Virus record (IMG/VR): IMGVR_UViG_3300045988_158809
Reading direction: 5' to 3' (one strand)
DNA length: 64,000 bases
DNA from: a virus
Of this stretch, positions 55,296-63,887 are shown piece by piece (the first letter of the stretch is position 1; each line of letters starts with the position of its first letter). Under the pieces are notes generated by a model. That model was given only the letters and a program-made list of their open reading frames with translations, ran no database searches and was not told where the DNA came from. The translations under genes and the position numbers were made by a program.

Positions 55296-55299
55296 AAAA

Positions 55300-55566
55300 A
55301 TGACACCAGAAGAATATATAAAATCAAAAAGACGTGAAGATTACCCAGGAGGACAGCTTTGTTATACTGTATCAGAAGAAACCGCCTTGGAAGCTGTGAG
55401 AATGGCAAGGGAAGAAAAGGATAATTCAGCAATTCAAAATACAGGAATATTTGGTCAGCAAGGTTGGATATGTCCTAAGTGCGGAAGAGTTTATTCTCCG
55501 TTCACTTCAATGTGTAGTTTTTGTTCAAATGACAACATTTTTAAAACAACTTGCATGACTAAGTGA
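55300..55566 (+). CDS. small zinc-ribbon protein
   Basis: ATG at 55300. 'CPKCGRVYSPFTSMCSFC'. Confidence 0.5.
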   Translation: MTPEEYIKSKRREDYPGGQLCYTVSEETALEAVRMAREEKDNSAIQNTGIFGQQGWICPKCGRVYSPFTSMCSFCSNDNIFKTTCMTK

Positions 55567-55610
55567 TATTATTATTTACGAATTATTAAAAACATTAAGG
55601 AGGACAAACA

Positions 55611-55856
55611 ATGATAACAACACAATTCATCTTAAACGTAATATGGGCTTTGCTCGGAATAGCAATATTCATCTACTCATTTATCGCCATACGCGAACAG
55701 CGAAGAAAAACAAAGTTTGAATCCCTCATGCTTCACTTCCGCTACATCGAACAACTTACGAAGATGCGCGACATCTTCCGCAGCTACGGAATGAACCAGG
55801 CAGCCGATAACCTCGACAACGACATCAAGAAACTTATAAATGACCTGAAGATATGA
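55611..55856 (+). CDS. small membrane protein
   Basis: N-terminal transmembrane helix, preceded by AAGGAGG. Confidence 0.5.
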   Translation: MITTQFILNVIWALLGIAIFIYSFIAIREQRRKTKFESLMLHFRYIEQLTKMRDIFRSYGMNQAADNLDNDIKKLINDLKI

Positions 55857-55878
55857 GTGTCGTAAAACTCTCCGAAAG

Positions 55879-56109
55879 ATGATAAAACTTTTTCGCGCAG
55901 ACCAGCTTTTCCCGTCATCGTACGTGGTGGCGGTGAAAAGCCTGCATAAGACAGTATCCAAATGCCGCGAGCTGACCGGAAGCATCCTTCAGAAGCTTAT
56001 CGATGATGGGTACATCCCGGAGGAGAAGAAAGAAGAAATGCTCTCCCTCTTCGACCGGGAAATGAACGAGTATTTACAGTTCAAGAAAATAGAAAAGAAA
56101 CGTAAATGA
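55879..56109 (+). CDS. hypothetical small protein
   Basis: 76-aa ORF. Confidence 0.4.
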   Translation: MIKLFRADQLFPSSYVVAVKSLHKTVSKCRELTGSILQKLIDDGYIPEEKKEEMLSLFDREMNEYLQFKKIEKKRK

Positions 56110-56119
56110 ATTTGAAGAT

Positions 56120-56665
56120 ATGAAAGAATTAAAAATGTATGGAGGTCAGAGCATAGGTGATGCCTACAGACTTATGAAAGATTATTCTCGCCGCACAGGT
56201 GAAGTTTGCTTTGTAAACTTTAATGATCAGATATTGTATTCTTATGATAGCTGGAATGCAATTTACATGAAGGTTACTCATAGGAACAGACGTGCATTTG
56301 AAAAGATGATGCGTGACAGTCAGAGAAAGATTAAAGAATCATTCAGACGTTATTTGGCATCTTTGCCGAAGTGGAGAAGAGAATTGAAAAGCAAGGCCCG
56401 TGGCGTGATAGATGATAAATATCTTGATAAATGGGACGAGTGCGTGAATATCAGGACGAAGGATTTGTATCGCGGATTTGAATTAAAGTGTGTTCTGGAA
56501 CTTATACAAGAGCTGAATCGGGATATTCCAAAGAACGAGAGATTTGAAAACTGTAAAGCGATAATGTTTCGTCAGGACCATACGGGAGGAAGTGCATATA
56601 TGACTCTTTCTTGTTTACGTGCTTTCCATGATTTAGGAGAAGAAGCTTCCTTATATCTTCGTTGA
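56120..56665 (+). CDS. hypothetical protein
   Basis: 181-aa ORF. Confidence 0.55.
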   Translation: MKELKMYGGQSIGDAYRLMKDYSRRTGEVCFVNFNDQILYSYDSWNAIYMKVTHRNRRAFEKMMRDSQRKIKESFRRYLASLPKWRRELKSKARGVIDDKYLDKWDECVNIRTKDLYRGFELKCVLELIQELNRDIPKNERFENCKAIMFRQDHTGGSAYMTLSCLRAFHDLGEEASLYLR

Positions 56666-56683
56666 ACTTAAAAGGATACCTTC

Positions 56684-57277
56684 ATGAGTAAAAAGAATAT
56701 TTGGTGCCGGATATTAGGTCACAGATACCAGATGGCGCTCGGTGGATATAGATGTGCAAGGTGTGGACATTTCAGGGAAGGGGCATGGGCTAAGATACCA
56801 CCTCCACCCAAACCTCCGAAGCCAGTTGAAAAAAGAACAGATTATGAAGAGCTTTGGAAAAACTCAAGAAGCGTCACGGATATTTTTCAATCCATGCGCC
56901 TGGCATTGTGGGGGATGTCCACTGACACATGCGATGTGATGTATGTCGGCGGGAAATACATCATTCTCGACGAGCCCCCCTCTCTGCTTCCCGAACAGGA
57001 GAAAGTCGCGCAGCTCCGATGGTCACTGGCCCGACTCATTGCGCTCGTTCCGAAATGTATCATTACGCCGCGAGGAACATTTAATGACTATCTGTTCCAC
57101 ATTAGTGGAGATTTTATAGTTTATTCCCATGAGGAGAATGGAGAACACATAAGTAATCTGATATTTGTCCGGTGCAATGGAGATTATGTAAGTGGGATGA
57201 TAAGTATCATAATCTGGCTTATTCAGAAAGGATTTATTGACAAAAAATATTTACGTGAAGATGCAGAAATAAAGTAA
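56684..57277 (+). CDS. hypothetical protein with an N-terminal zinc-ribbon-like motif
   Basis: 'CRILGHRYQ...YRCARCGH', then a proline-rich linker. Confidence 0.55.
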   Translation: MSKKNIWCRILGHRYQMALGGYRCARCGHFREGAWAKIPPPPKPPKPVEKRTDYEELWKNSRSVTDIFQSMRLALWGMSTDTCDVMYVGGKYIILDEPPSLLPEQEKVAQLRWSLARLIALVPKCIITPRGTFNDYLFHISGDFIVYSHEENGEHISNLIFVRCNGDYVSGMISIIIWLIQKGFIDKKYLREDAEIK

Positions 57278-57301
57278 AATTTTGTTTTCCATGACTTGTT
57301 T

Positions 57302-57347
57302 CAGCACAGCCGAGAGCATTCTATGTTCTCGGCTGTGCTGATTTTTT
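57302..57347 (+). terminator. rho-independent terminator
   Basis: 14-bp stem CAGCACAGCCGAGA/TCTCGGCTGTGCTG with an 11-nt loop, then ATTTTTT. Confidence 0.85.
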
Positions 57348-57370
57348 ATGCAGTTATCATCCGTTTTTAC

Positions 57371-57507
57371 GCTCAAAGTGGTAAAGAATCTTTGTAAAAA
57401 TCTTAAATTTTACTATAATCATTCTATCCCATGCTCAAAAACATAAGAATCTTTACAATATAGCGGTAAATTATAGATAACTTTGCCAAAAAATTAAAGA
57501 ATCTATC
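57371..57507 (+). promoter_or_regulatory. promoter region with three ~24-nt direct repeats
   Basis: GCTCAAAGTGGTAAAGAATCTTTG, GCTCAAAAACATAAGAATCTTTAC and GCCAAAAAATTAAAGAATCTATCC. A TAACTTTG -7 box lies at 57478-57485. TCTATCCCAT occurs twice. Confidence 0.45.
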
Positions 57508-57559
57508 CCATAATGGTAAAGAAAAGAAATCATTTTGAGCAAAAGAACAGATAGAATTT

Positions 57560-57991
57560 ATGACGGAAGATAAAACAGAATATACAGGGACTTTCGTTGG
57601 TCTTACTGCTAAGATATATGTGGCAAAGGAAGATGGCGAGCTGGTGGAGATTAATACACAGAAAAATCCGATAGCCTTGTCGCCTTATGATGAAACGGAT
57701 AAAGTGGGTCCGACTACTTCCGATAGCGATAGGATTGTCGATGAAGGATGCCGTTCACTAAAAGAGTATTCAATCACGTGCAGCGTTCGCTGTACGGAGA
57801 TCAGGAAGCTTATGAAAATTCTGGGGATAAGTCGCGGAGGGAAACATAAAGTTCTGTCCAGTGCTCCGTATTACCGCCGTTTTGAAGGAGACTTTTTCCG
57901 CGTGATGAAATCCGTCGGCCGTCAGCATACAAAATTCAATAGGAATGTCCGTCCGAAAGGTACGCATTCTCACTTCAGGTTTTACAGATAG
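57560..57991 (+). CDS. hypothetical protein
   Basis: 143-aa ORF. Confidence 0.5.
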   Translation: MTEDKTEYTGTFVGLTAKIYVAKEDGELVEINTQKNPIALSPYDETDKVGPTTSDSDRIVDEGCRSLKEYSITCSVRCTEIRKLMKILGISRGGKHKVLSSAPYYRRFEGDFFRVMKSVGRQHTKFNRNVRPKGTHSHFRFYR

Positions 57992-58001
57992 CACTAATTA
58001 T

Positions 58002-58187
58002 ATGGGAAAAGTCAAGAATAAATGTGTTGAATGTGAATTATATTATCGTTTGCGTGTAAATAATCCATATCATAAAACAGCATATTGTGAAGTCGGTTCA
58101 AAATCCGTTAATATGATATCTGATAAATCTATTGCTTGTGAGAATTTTAAGATGAGAAAATCGTTAGAAAGTCGTCTGAAAGAATAA
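58002..58187 (+). CDS. small Cys-rich protein
   Basis: ATG at 58002 (MGKVKNKCVECELYY...). Confidence 0.4.
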   Translation: MGKVKNKCVECELYYRLRVNNPYHKTAYCEVGSKSVNMISDKSIACENFKMRKSLESRLKE

Positions 58188-58199
58188 AATCATGAAAGT

Positions 58200-58472
58200 A
58201 TGAAAAAGAAATCAGATAAAAAAGAAAATGCACAATCGCTGAAGATGAAGATAGATAAGATTGCGCTGGAATACGGTTTCTATAAAGAGTCGAGCAATGC
58301 AGCAAATCTTTCGTCGAATTATCGTGACCCGGTGCTTCCGTTGCTAATTATATTCTATGCTACGACATGTACCATCGGGATAAGTTACTGTAAGCAACCT
58401 TTCAAATGGCATAAAGAATTAAAGGAGGAAAAGATAAAAGATGTGTTTGCTAATCCTTTGAATTATGTTTGA
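58200..58472 (+). CDS. hypothetical small protein
   Basis: 90-aa ORF. Confidence 0.45.
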   Translation: MKKKSDKKENAQSLKMKIDKIALEYGFYKESSNAANLSSNYRDPVLPLLIIFYATTCTIGISYCKQPFKWHKELKEEKIKDVFANPLNYV

Positions 58473-58505
58473 TATAATCCTAATTATGTTTAATCAGCTT
58501 TGAAA

Positions 58506-59012
58506 ATGGATAATTCTAAAGTAAAACAGCGAAAGAAAGTATGTACCAAATGCGGCAGGAAGTTATGGCTTCGTGACTTTTACCGGCGCATTGACGGAAC
58601 GCTTGCTTCTGAATGCAAGGATTGTTACAGGGCGTACAAGCGTGAATATTACCGGCAGAACTTGAAGGTGGAAGACGGCACTTTCTATCATAAATCGTAT
58701 GGCAGGATAATGGTACACAATGGACTTTCCACACGCATATTTTGGTCTCCTTCAATGATAAGCTACCTGCAAAAGCATTTCCCTACAACAAAGAATAAGG
58801 AACTGGCAGAAGAATTAGGAGTTTCTCCACGCACCATGATACGCAAGGCCCGTGAGATGGGTTTACAGAAAAACCCGCAATGGATTCAAGGTGTATGGGA
58901 CGAACACAGGTTAATGGCACAGGCAGAGAACAAGCGAAAAGGTTATCCCGGAGCATTCAAACCTGGAAATGAGATAGGAAAAGAATACAGGTTTAAGAAA
59001 AAAGTCGTATAG
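58506..59012 (+). CDS. zinc-ribbon plus HTH DNA-binding protein (paralogue A)
   Basis: 'CTKCGRKL....CKDCYRAYKREYY' plus 'NKELAEELGVSPRTMIRKAREMGLQK'. Confidence 0.55.
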   Translation: MDNSKVKQRKKVCTKCGRKLWLRDFYRRIDGTLASECKDCYRAYKREYYRQNLKVEDGTFYHKSYGRIMVHNGLSTRIFWSPSMISYLQKHFPTTKNKELAEELGVSPRTMIRKAREMGLQKNPQWIQGVWDEHRLMAQAENKRKGYPGAFKPGNEIGKEYRFKKKVV

Positions 59013-59015
59013 AAT

Positions 59016-59513
59016 ATGAATTTAACCAGACCTTACAAGACCTGCCGCGTATGCGGATGCACCAAGCCGAAAGAGGATTTCGTGGAAGGAAGGAAAGTAT
59101 GTCTCTCTTGCTTCTCCGAATACAATAAGCAGCTCTACAGAAAAAGACATGCAGACCGTTCGGATGGAGTAAGATACAGCAAGGAATCCCGACAGATAGT
59201 GGAATACCGTAACGGGCTACAGCGGAAATACTGGAATCCGCAGATGATAGCCGATTTCAGGAAATTGTTTCCCGTCACTACGAATGAAGAGCTTGCTTCT
59301 TTGTTCTGTGTGTCGAAAAGAACAATCAACCGTAAGGCTACGGAACTGGGGTTGAGAAAAGATGCGGAGTGGATGCGGAAGATGAGTCGTCACAACCTGT
59401 TTTTCGCATCGGTGAAGAATCGCTTAAACGGTTATTCACAACTGGTAAAGGCCCGTAAGGCACTGGAAATAAAGTATAACAATCCGAATTTTACAAGAAT
59501 AGACAGAGTATGA
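59016..59513 (+). CDS. zinc-ribbon plus HTH DNA-binding protein (paralogue B)
   Basis: 'CRVCGCTK....CLSCFSEYNKQLY' plus 'NEELASLFCVSKRTINRKATELGLRK'. Confidence 0.55.
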   Translation: MNLTRPYKTCRVCGCTKPKEDFVEGRKVCLSCFSEYNKQLYRKRHADRSDGVRYSKESRQIVEYRNGLQRKYWNPQMIADFRKLFPVTTNEELASLFCVSKRTINRKATELGLRKDAEWMRKMSRHNLFFASVKNRLNGYSQLVKARKALEIKYNNPNFTRIDRV

Positions 59514-60292
59514 ATATAGAACTGAATACAATATATAACGAGGACTGTATGGAAGGTATGAAGCGTATTCCTGACGGATCGGTGGATTGCATTATTTGTG
59601 ATTTGCCGTATGGAGTATTGAATAGAGGAAATGAACATGCGCAGTGGGACTGTCCTTTACCTATGGATCAACTTTGGGCTGAATATAAAAGAGTAACAAA
59701 GGACAATGCAGCTATAATTCTTTTTGCTCAAGGAATGTTTACTGCAGATTTAATGGTTAGCAACAGGAACATGTGGAGATATAATCTGATATGGGATAAA
59801 ATGGGTAAAACGGGATTTTTGAACGCCAACAGAATGCCTCTCCGACAGCATGAAGATATATGTGTATTCTATAATTCTTTGCCGGTGTATAATCCACAAA
59901 TGGAGAAATGTGAATTGCATAAAAGAAATCATGGACGTGGAAATCTTAAATCGCCTGTAACAAATAGTTGTTATGGTAAACATATAGAAGTAAAAACTAT
60001 CGAAAGTGATGAAAAATTCCCTACTTCTATTATAAGTATATCAAAGGAACATAAAATAGGGCATTTTTTTCACCCCACCCAGAAACCCGTTTCCCTCCTG
60101 AAATACCTCGTCCTCACCTACTCTAACAAAGGCGACACAATTCTTGACAACTGTATTGGAAGTGGCACAACAGCCTTAGCTTGCATAGATACTGGGCGCA
60201 ACTTCATCGGATTCGAGAAAGAAAAGAAATATTTCGACATAGCCATGAAGCGTATCGCTCAAATGAGACAACAACCAAAACTTGATTTTTAA
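59510..60292 (+). CDS. DNA methyltransferase (N6-adenine/N4-cytosine type, beta class)
   Basis: Motif IV 'CIICDLPYG', then 'HPTQKPVSLLKYL' and motif I 'ILDNCIGSGTTALAC..GRNFIGFE'. Confidence 0.8.
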   Translation: MNIELNTIYNEDCMEGMKRIPDGSVDCIICDLPYGVLNRGNEHAQWDCPLPMDQLWAEYKRVTKDNAAIILFAQGMFTADLMVSNRNMWRYNLIWDKMGKTGFLNANRMPLRQHEDICVFYNSLPVYNPQMEKCELHKRNHGRGNLKSPVTNSCYGKHIEVKTIESDEKFPTSIISISKEHKIGHFFHPTQKPVSLLKYLVLTYSNKGDTILDNCIGSGTTALACIDTGRNFIGFEKEKKYFDIAMKRIAQMRQQPKLDF

Positions 60293-60312
60293 TAAAAACC
60301 AAAACATACAAA

Positions 60313-61077
60313 ATGGAAAAGAAACAGACCGTTTATTTCCGGTTCCCTGCAGGAAGTGAGGGAGCGGAAAGCATGAAAAAACTCGTGGAAGCAATTACAA
60401 CTTGTGAAGATAAGGCCGAAGAGCTGGCCCTGGAAATGGGAGTCACTGAATACTACCATGACAGCACGGCGGAATTCGGGGGCATTGGACTGATGAGCTT
60501 CGAACGCAAGCCGAAGTCGTCCGTTTTCAAGCAGGTGGATGTGATCAGCCATAAGGAGGGCGAATCGAAGTGTCAACTCGACAAGCTGTATCAGCTCAAC
60601 GTGGACAGCGTAGATCTGGTGATGACCGAAGAAGAAACAGAAAAGCATCTGGGCCTTACGAATGTGCTTATCAGCTCCCAGCACTACACATGGTTGGAGA
60701 TAAAGCACCGTCTTACCATTTCATCGGCTGCGCAGATGTGCGGTTACAAGCTGACCGGCGATAAGGAGCGCGACGACGAATATATCACCATGCAACTTGG
60801 AGGAAAGAAGTTCCGCATCGTGACTGTGCTGAAATCAAAGAGCCAGCAGGCAATAGAATGGTACAAGGCCGTGAACCGCCTCCCCACTCTCCCACCCTTC
60901 ACCAGCAACCAATATGCCGGTGTACCCGTGGAAGGACGGCAGCCCGTGTATTTCTTCTTCAACATAGCGGGCGATTTCTTCTGCAAGGCTCCGGCGTACA
61001 GCAGCTTTTCGCACGAGATACTGACGGAATCGGCCTTCACGAGCATTTATGAAGGACTTAATACGAATAGAACATGA
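60313..61077 (+). CDS. hypothetical protein
   Basis: 254-aa ORF. Confidence 0.55.
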   Translation: MEKKQTVYFRFPAGSEGAESMKKLVEAITTCEDKAEELALEMGVTEYYHDSTAEFGGIGLMSFERKPKSSVFKQVDVISHKEGESKCQLDKLYQLNVDSVDLVMTEEETEKHLGLTNVLISSQHYTWLEIKHRLTISSAAQMCGYKLTGDKERDDEYITMQLGGKKFRIVTVLKSKSQQAIEWYKAVNRLPTLPPFTSNQYAGVPVEGRQPVYFFFNIAGDFFCKAPAYSSFSHEILTESAFTSIYEGLNTNRT

Positions 61078-61206
61078 GACTACACATTGAAAAATCGGCG
61101 GGACTGTACCTCATTCCTTTCTACATAAGGCGGGGCGGTCCGGGTTATCGTGAAAAAATCATTTATTTTTTGAAGTGGCGAATTGCCGTTATTTGGAACA
61201 AGAAAG

Positions 61207-61620
61207 ATGGACGCTAAGGAATTGAAACAGGTTTTGGAGCAGGACTTGTCGGTGCTTTCACCTCGTGAGAGAGCATACGCGCTGGCAGAAAAAATCAAAG
61301 TGTATCGTGAATATGGTATGAGAAACGTGGCGAAGGAAAAGGAGACCGACGTGGAGAAGGCTTTGCGCATGACACGCAATGTTTCCTTCCTCACCACGAA
61401 GGAAGAAAAGGAAATGTATGCGGGCGCTTTGCTGGCCGCAATCCGCTGGGGGCATAAGATTGACCGGATAAACAAGGCTTCGCAGAAGTCGGTAATTGAG
61501 CAGGCCGGTGGACAGAAGCCGGAGAAAAAAGCGGAGACGCAGGAAGAGCGAAGAGAACGCATACGCAAGAATTTTGAGAGATCTGTGAAACTACAAGATT
61601 TTTATAGGAGATATAATTAA
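61207..61620 (+). CDS. hypothetical protein
   Basis: ATG at 61207 (MDAKELKQ). Confidence 0.5.
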   Translation: MDAKELKQVLEQDLSVLSPRERAYALAEKIKVYREYGMRNVAKEKETDVEKALRMTRNVSFLTTKEEKEMYAGALLAAIRWGHKIDRINKASQKSVIEQAGGQKPEKKAETQEERRERIRKNFERSVKLQDFYRRYN

Positions 61621-62165
61621 TGTACAGATTAGACAATCTAATAGAACAGTGGGCGACGGAGTTCAAGCTTGTCTCCCACAATCCCGAAGGCGGTGCAGAC
61701 GGCAAACGGTTTTTCCGCATCGACTCCATATCGGACCTGAAACCCGTTATTCTGAGTCTGACGAAAATCAAGACTCCCGTAGTGGCATACAGCACGCAGA
61801 TAGAAGGCTCGTCCAACGAGGGCGGAAACGGAACGTACTATCTGGCGAACATCTACATACTCGTTCCGCAGGAGAAAACCACAGCCCCCTACCGTGAGGA
61901 CTTGAACGCGGCAAACGCCAAATATCTGGCAGTGGAGATAGCGGAAAAGCTGAAGGCATGGCTCATGGAGAAGAAGAAGAACGAAAAGCAATACCCGGAA
62001 CTGAGAGGTCTAAACCTGAAAACGGCAGCTATGGGATCATTCCCCAAACATTTCAACAACTGGTGGCCGCTCCATATCCAAATGGATTATCTGAACGCCG
62101 ATTACGTGTGCGTAAATCCCGAAGACTATCACCAGGACGAAGCCGGGGAGGGCGCACAGTCATGA
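61620..62165 (+). CDS. hypothetical protein
   Basis: 181-aa ORF with an ATGA overlap to the next gene. Confidence 0.55.
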   Translation: MYRLDNLIEQWATEFKLVSHNPEGGADGKRFFRIDSISDLKPVILSLTKIKTPVVAYSTQIEGSSNEGGNGTYYLANIYILVPQEKTTAPYREDLNAANAKYLAVEIAEKLKAWLMEKKKNEKQYPELRGLNLKTAAMGSFPKHFNNWWPLHIQMDYLNADYVCVNPEDYHQDEAGEGAQS

Positions 62166-62650
62166 AACGTCTGCCTCTTATAGTAGCCGCCTCCCTCCTC
62201 TGTGCTACCCTCTTCTTCGGATGCCGCACACAGCAGACCGGCACCACACGCATCATCACCCTTCGCGGCGACACTGTGATACGCAACCGTGTGGTACCCG
62301 TGGTATCGCCGGCAGACTCGGCCAGGATAAAAGCCCTCATGCGGTGCGACGAGAACGGACGTGTCCTCCTTGACTGGTACGAGCAGGAATGCAGCAAGAA
62401 CGCGCGTCTGAAGTTCAAACTCGATTCGCTTGGCAAGCTGATGATAGACTTCGACGTTCTCCGCGATACGGTGTACATTCCCGTGGCAGACACAACCGTG
62501 AACCGCAGCAGCAGCGTGGAAGAAGTCAATACGGTGGAAGTGGAGCGAAAAATGCGCTGGTGGGAGAAATATCTTATAGGAGTCGGGATATTGGCGCATG
62601 GTGTGTTAATCGGCTTCGGAATCTTTAAACTAAGGAAATTGTGGATTTGA
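62162..62650 (+). CDS. lipoprotein with a C-terminal transmembrane helix (unimolecular-spanin-like architecture)
   Basis: ATG at 62162. Signal peptide and lipobox 'LLCATLFFGC'. C-terminal 'YLIGVGILAHGVLIGFGIF'. Confidence 0.5.
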   Translation: MKRLPLIVAASLLCATLFFGCRTQQTGTTRIITLRGDTVIRNRVVPVVSPADSARIKALMRCDENGRVLLDWYEQECSKNARLKFKLDSLGKLMIDFDVLRDTVYIPVADTTVNRSSSVEEVNTVEVERKMRWWEKYLIGVGILAHGVLIGFGIFKLRKLWI

Positions 62651-62967
62651 TGAAAAAGACGAAAGTATATATCAGTCTGCCTATCTCAGGGCACGACATC
62701 GAGCAGGTGAAGAAACGCGCGGAGGAAGTGAAGCTGCGAATAGAGAACGACAGAGTGGAAGCCATTACCCCCTTCGACGTGTGCGACGAGAAAGACCGTC
62801 CATACTCCTACTACATGGGGCGCGACATCGAAGCCCTGATAGAGTGCGACGGCATCTATGTGTGCAACGGTTGGCACTCGTCGAAAGGCTGTCAGGCGGA
62901 AGTCCATGTAGCTGTGGTGTACGACAAGAAAATGGTGTTTGAGAGTAAAAGTAAGGTGTTTGTATGA
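62650..62967 (+). CDS. DUF4406-like / nucleoside 2-deoxyribosyltransferase-like protein
   Basis: 'KVYISLPISGHD......YYMGRDIEALIECDGIYVCNGWHSSKGCQAEVHVA' fits the remembered DUF4406 pattern. Confidence 0.45.
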   Translation: MKKTKVYISLPISGHDIEQVKKRAEEVKLRIENDRVEAITPFDVCDEKDRPYSYYMGRDIEALIECDGIYVCNGWHSSKGCQAEVHVAVVYDKKMVFESKSKVFV

Positions 62968-63887
62968 AAATAGGTTTGCTTTCGGTTGACAGCAGTTATC
63001 CCAACCTCGCGCTTATGAAGATTTCCGCATATCATAAACAACGCGGCGATGAAGTGGAATGGTACTCTCCTTTCGAGCATTACGATAAGGTTTATGCAGC
63101 AAAGGTATTCAGTTTCACTCCCGATTACGGATATTACATCAATGCTGACGAGGTGGAGCGTGGCGGAACAGGCTACGACATACAGAAATGTCTGCCAAAG
63201 GAAATTGAAACCGTGCAGCCGGACTACAGCATATGTGGCTCGATAGAAAAGAATGTGGCATACGGATTTCTCACCCGCGGCTGTCCGAACCGCTGTAAAT
63301 GGTGCGTCGTTCCTAAGAAAGAAGGTAAGATAGCTCCTTATATGGACGTGGAAGAAATAGCTATTGACGGCCGGAACAATCTTATTCTCATGGATAACAA
63401 CGTGCTGGCAAGCGATTACGGTATCAGTCAGATAGAAAAGATAGTGAAGCTGAAATATCGGGTAGATTTCAATCAGGGACTTGATGCCCGTCTGGTCACT
63501 CCCGAAATAGCCAAACTCCTTTCAAAGGTGAAATGGATAAAGCGAATCCGTTTCGGTTGCGACACTCTCGGACAGATAGACGATTGTGAAAAAGCCATAT
63601 CACTCCTGGAGAGAAACGGTTACAAAGGTGAATACTTTTTCTACTGCATTCTTCTGGACGATTTCGACGAAGCTTTCCGGCGCGTAAACCACTGGAAGCA
63701 GAGAGGCGGACGGTTCTATCCGCATTGCCAGCCATACCGCGACGTGAACAATCCTCACCAGATGATACCGCAATGGCAAAAGGATATGGCAAGCTGGGCA
63801 GACAAGAAGTGGATATTCAAGTCGTGCGAGTTTAAGGACTATGAGCCACGAAAAGGATTTAAGTGTAGTGCGTATTTTGAAAAGTAA
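62964..63887 (+). CDS. radical SAM protein
   Basis: CX3CX2C cluster 'RGCPNRCKWC' after a Rossmann-like N-terminal region. Its start overlaps the previous stop. Confidence 0.65.
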   Translation: MKIGLLSVDSSYPNLALMKISAYHKQRGDEVEWYSPFEHYDKVYAAKVFSFTPDYGYYINADEVERGGTGYDIQKCLPKEIETVQPDYSICGSIEKNVAYGFLTRGCPNRCKWCVVPKKEGKIAPYMDVEEIAIDGRNNLILMDNNVLASDYGISQIEKIVKLKYRVDFNQGLDARLVTPEIAKLLSKVKWIKRIRFGCDTLGQIDDCEKAISLLERNGYKGEYFFYCILLDDFDEAFRRVNHWKQRGGRFYPHCQPYRDVNNPHQMIPQWQKDMASWADKKWIFKSCEFKDYEPRKGFKCSAYFEK

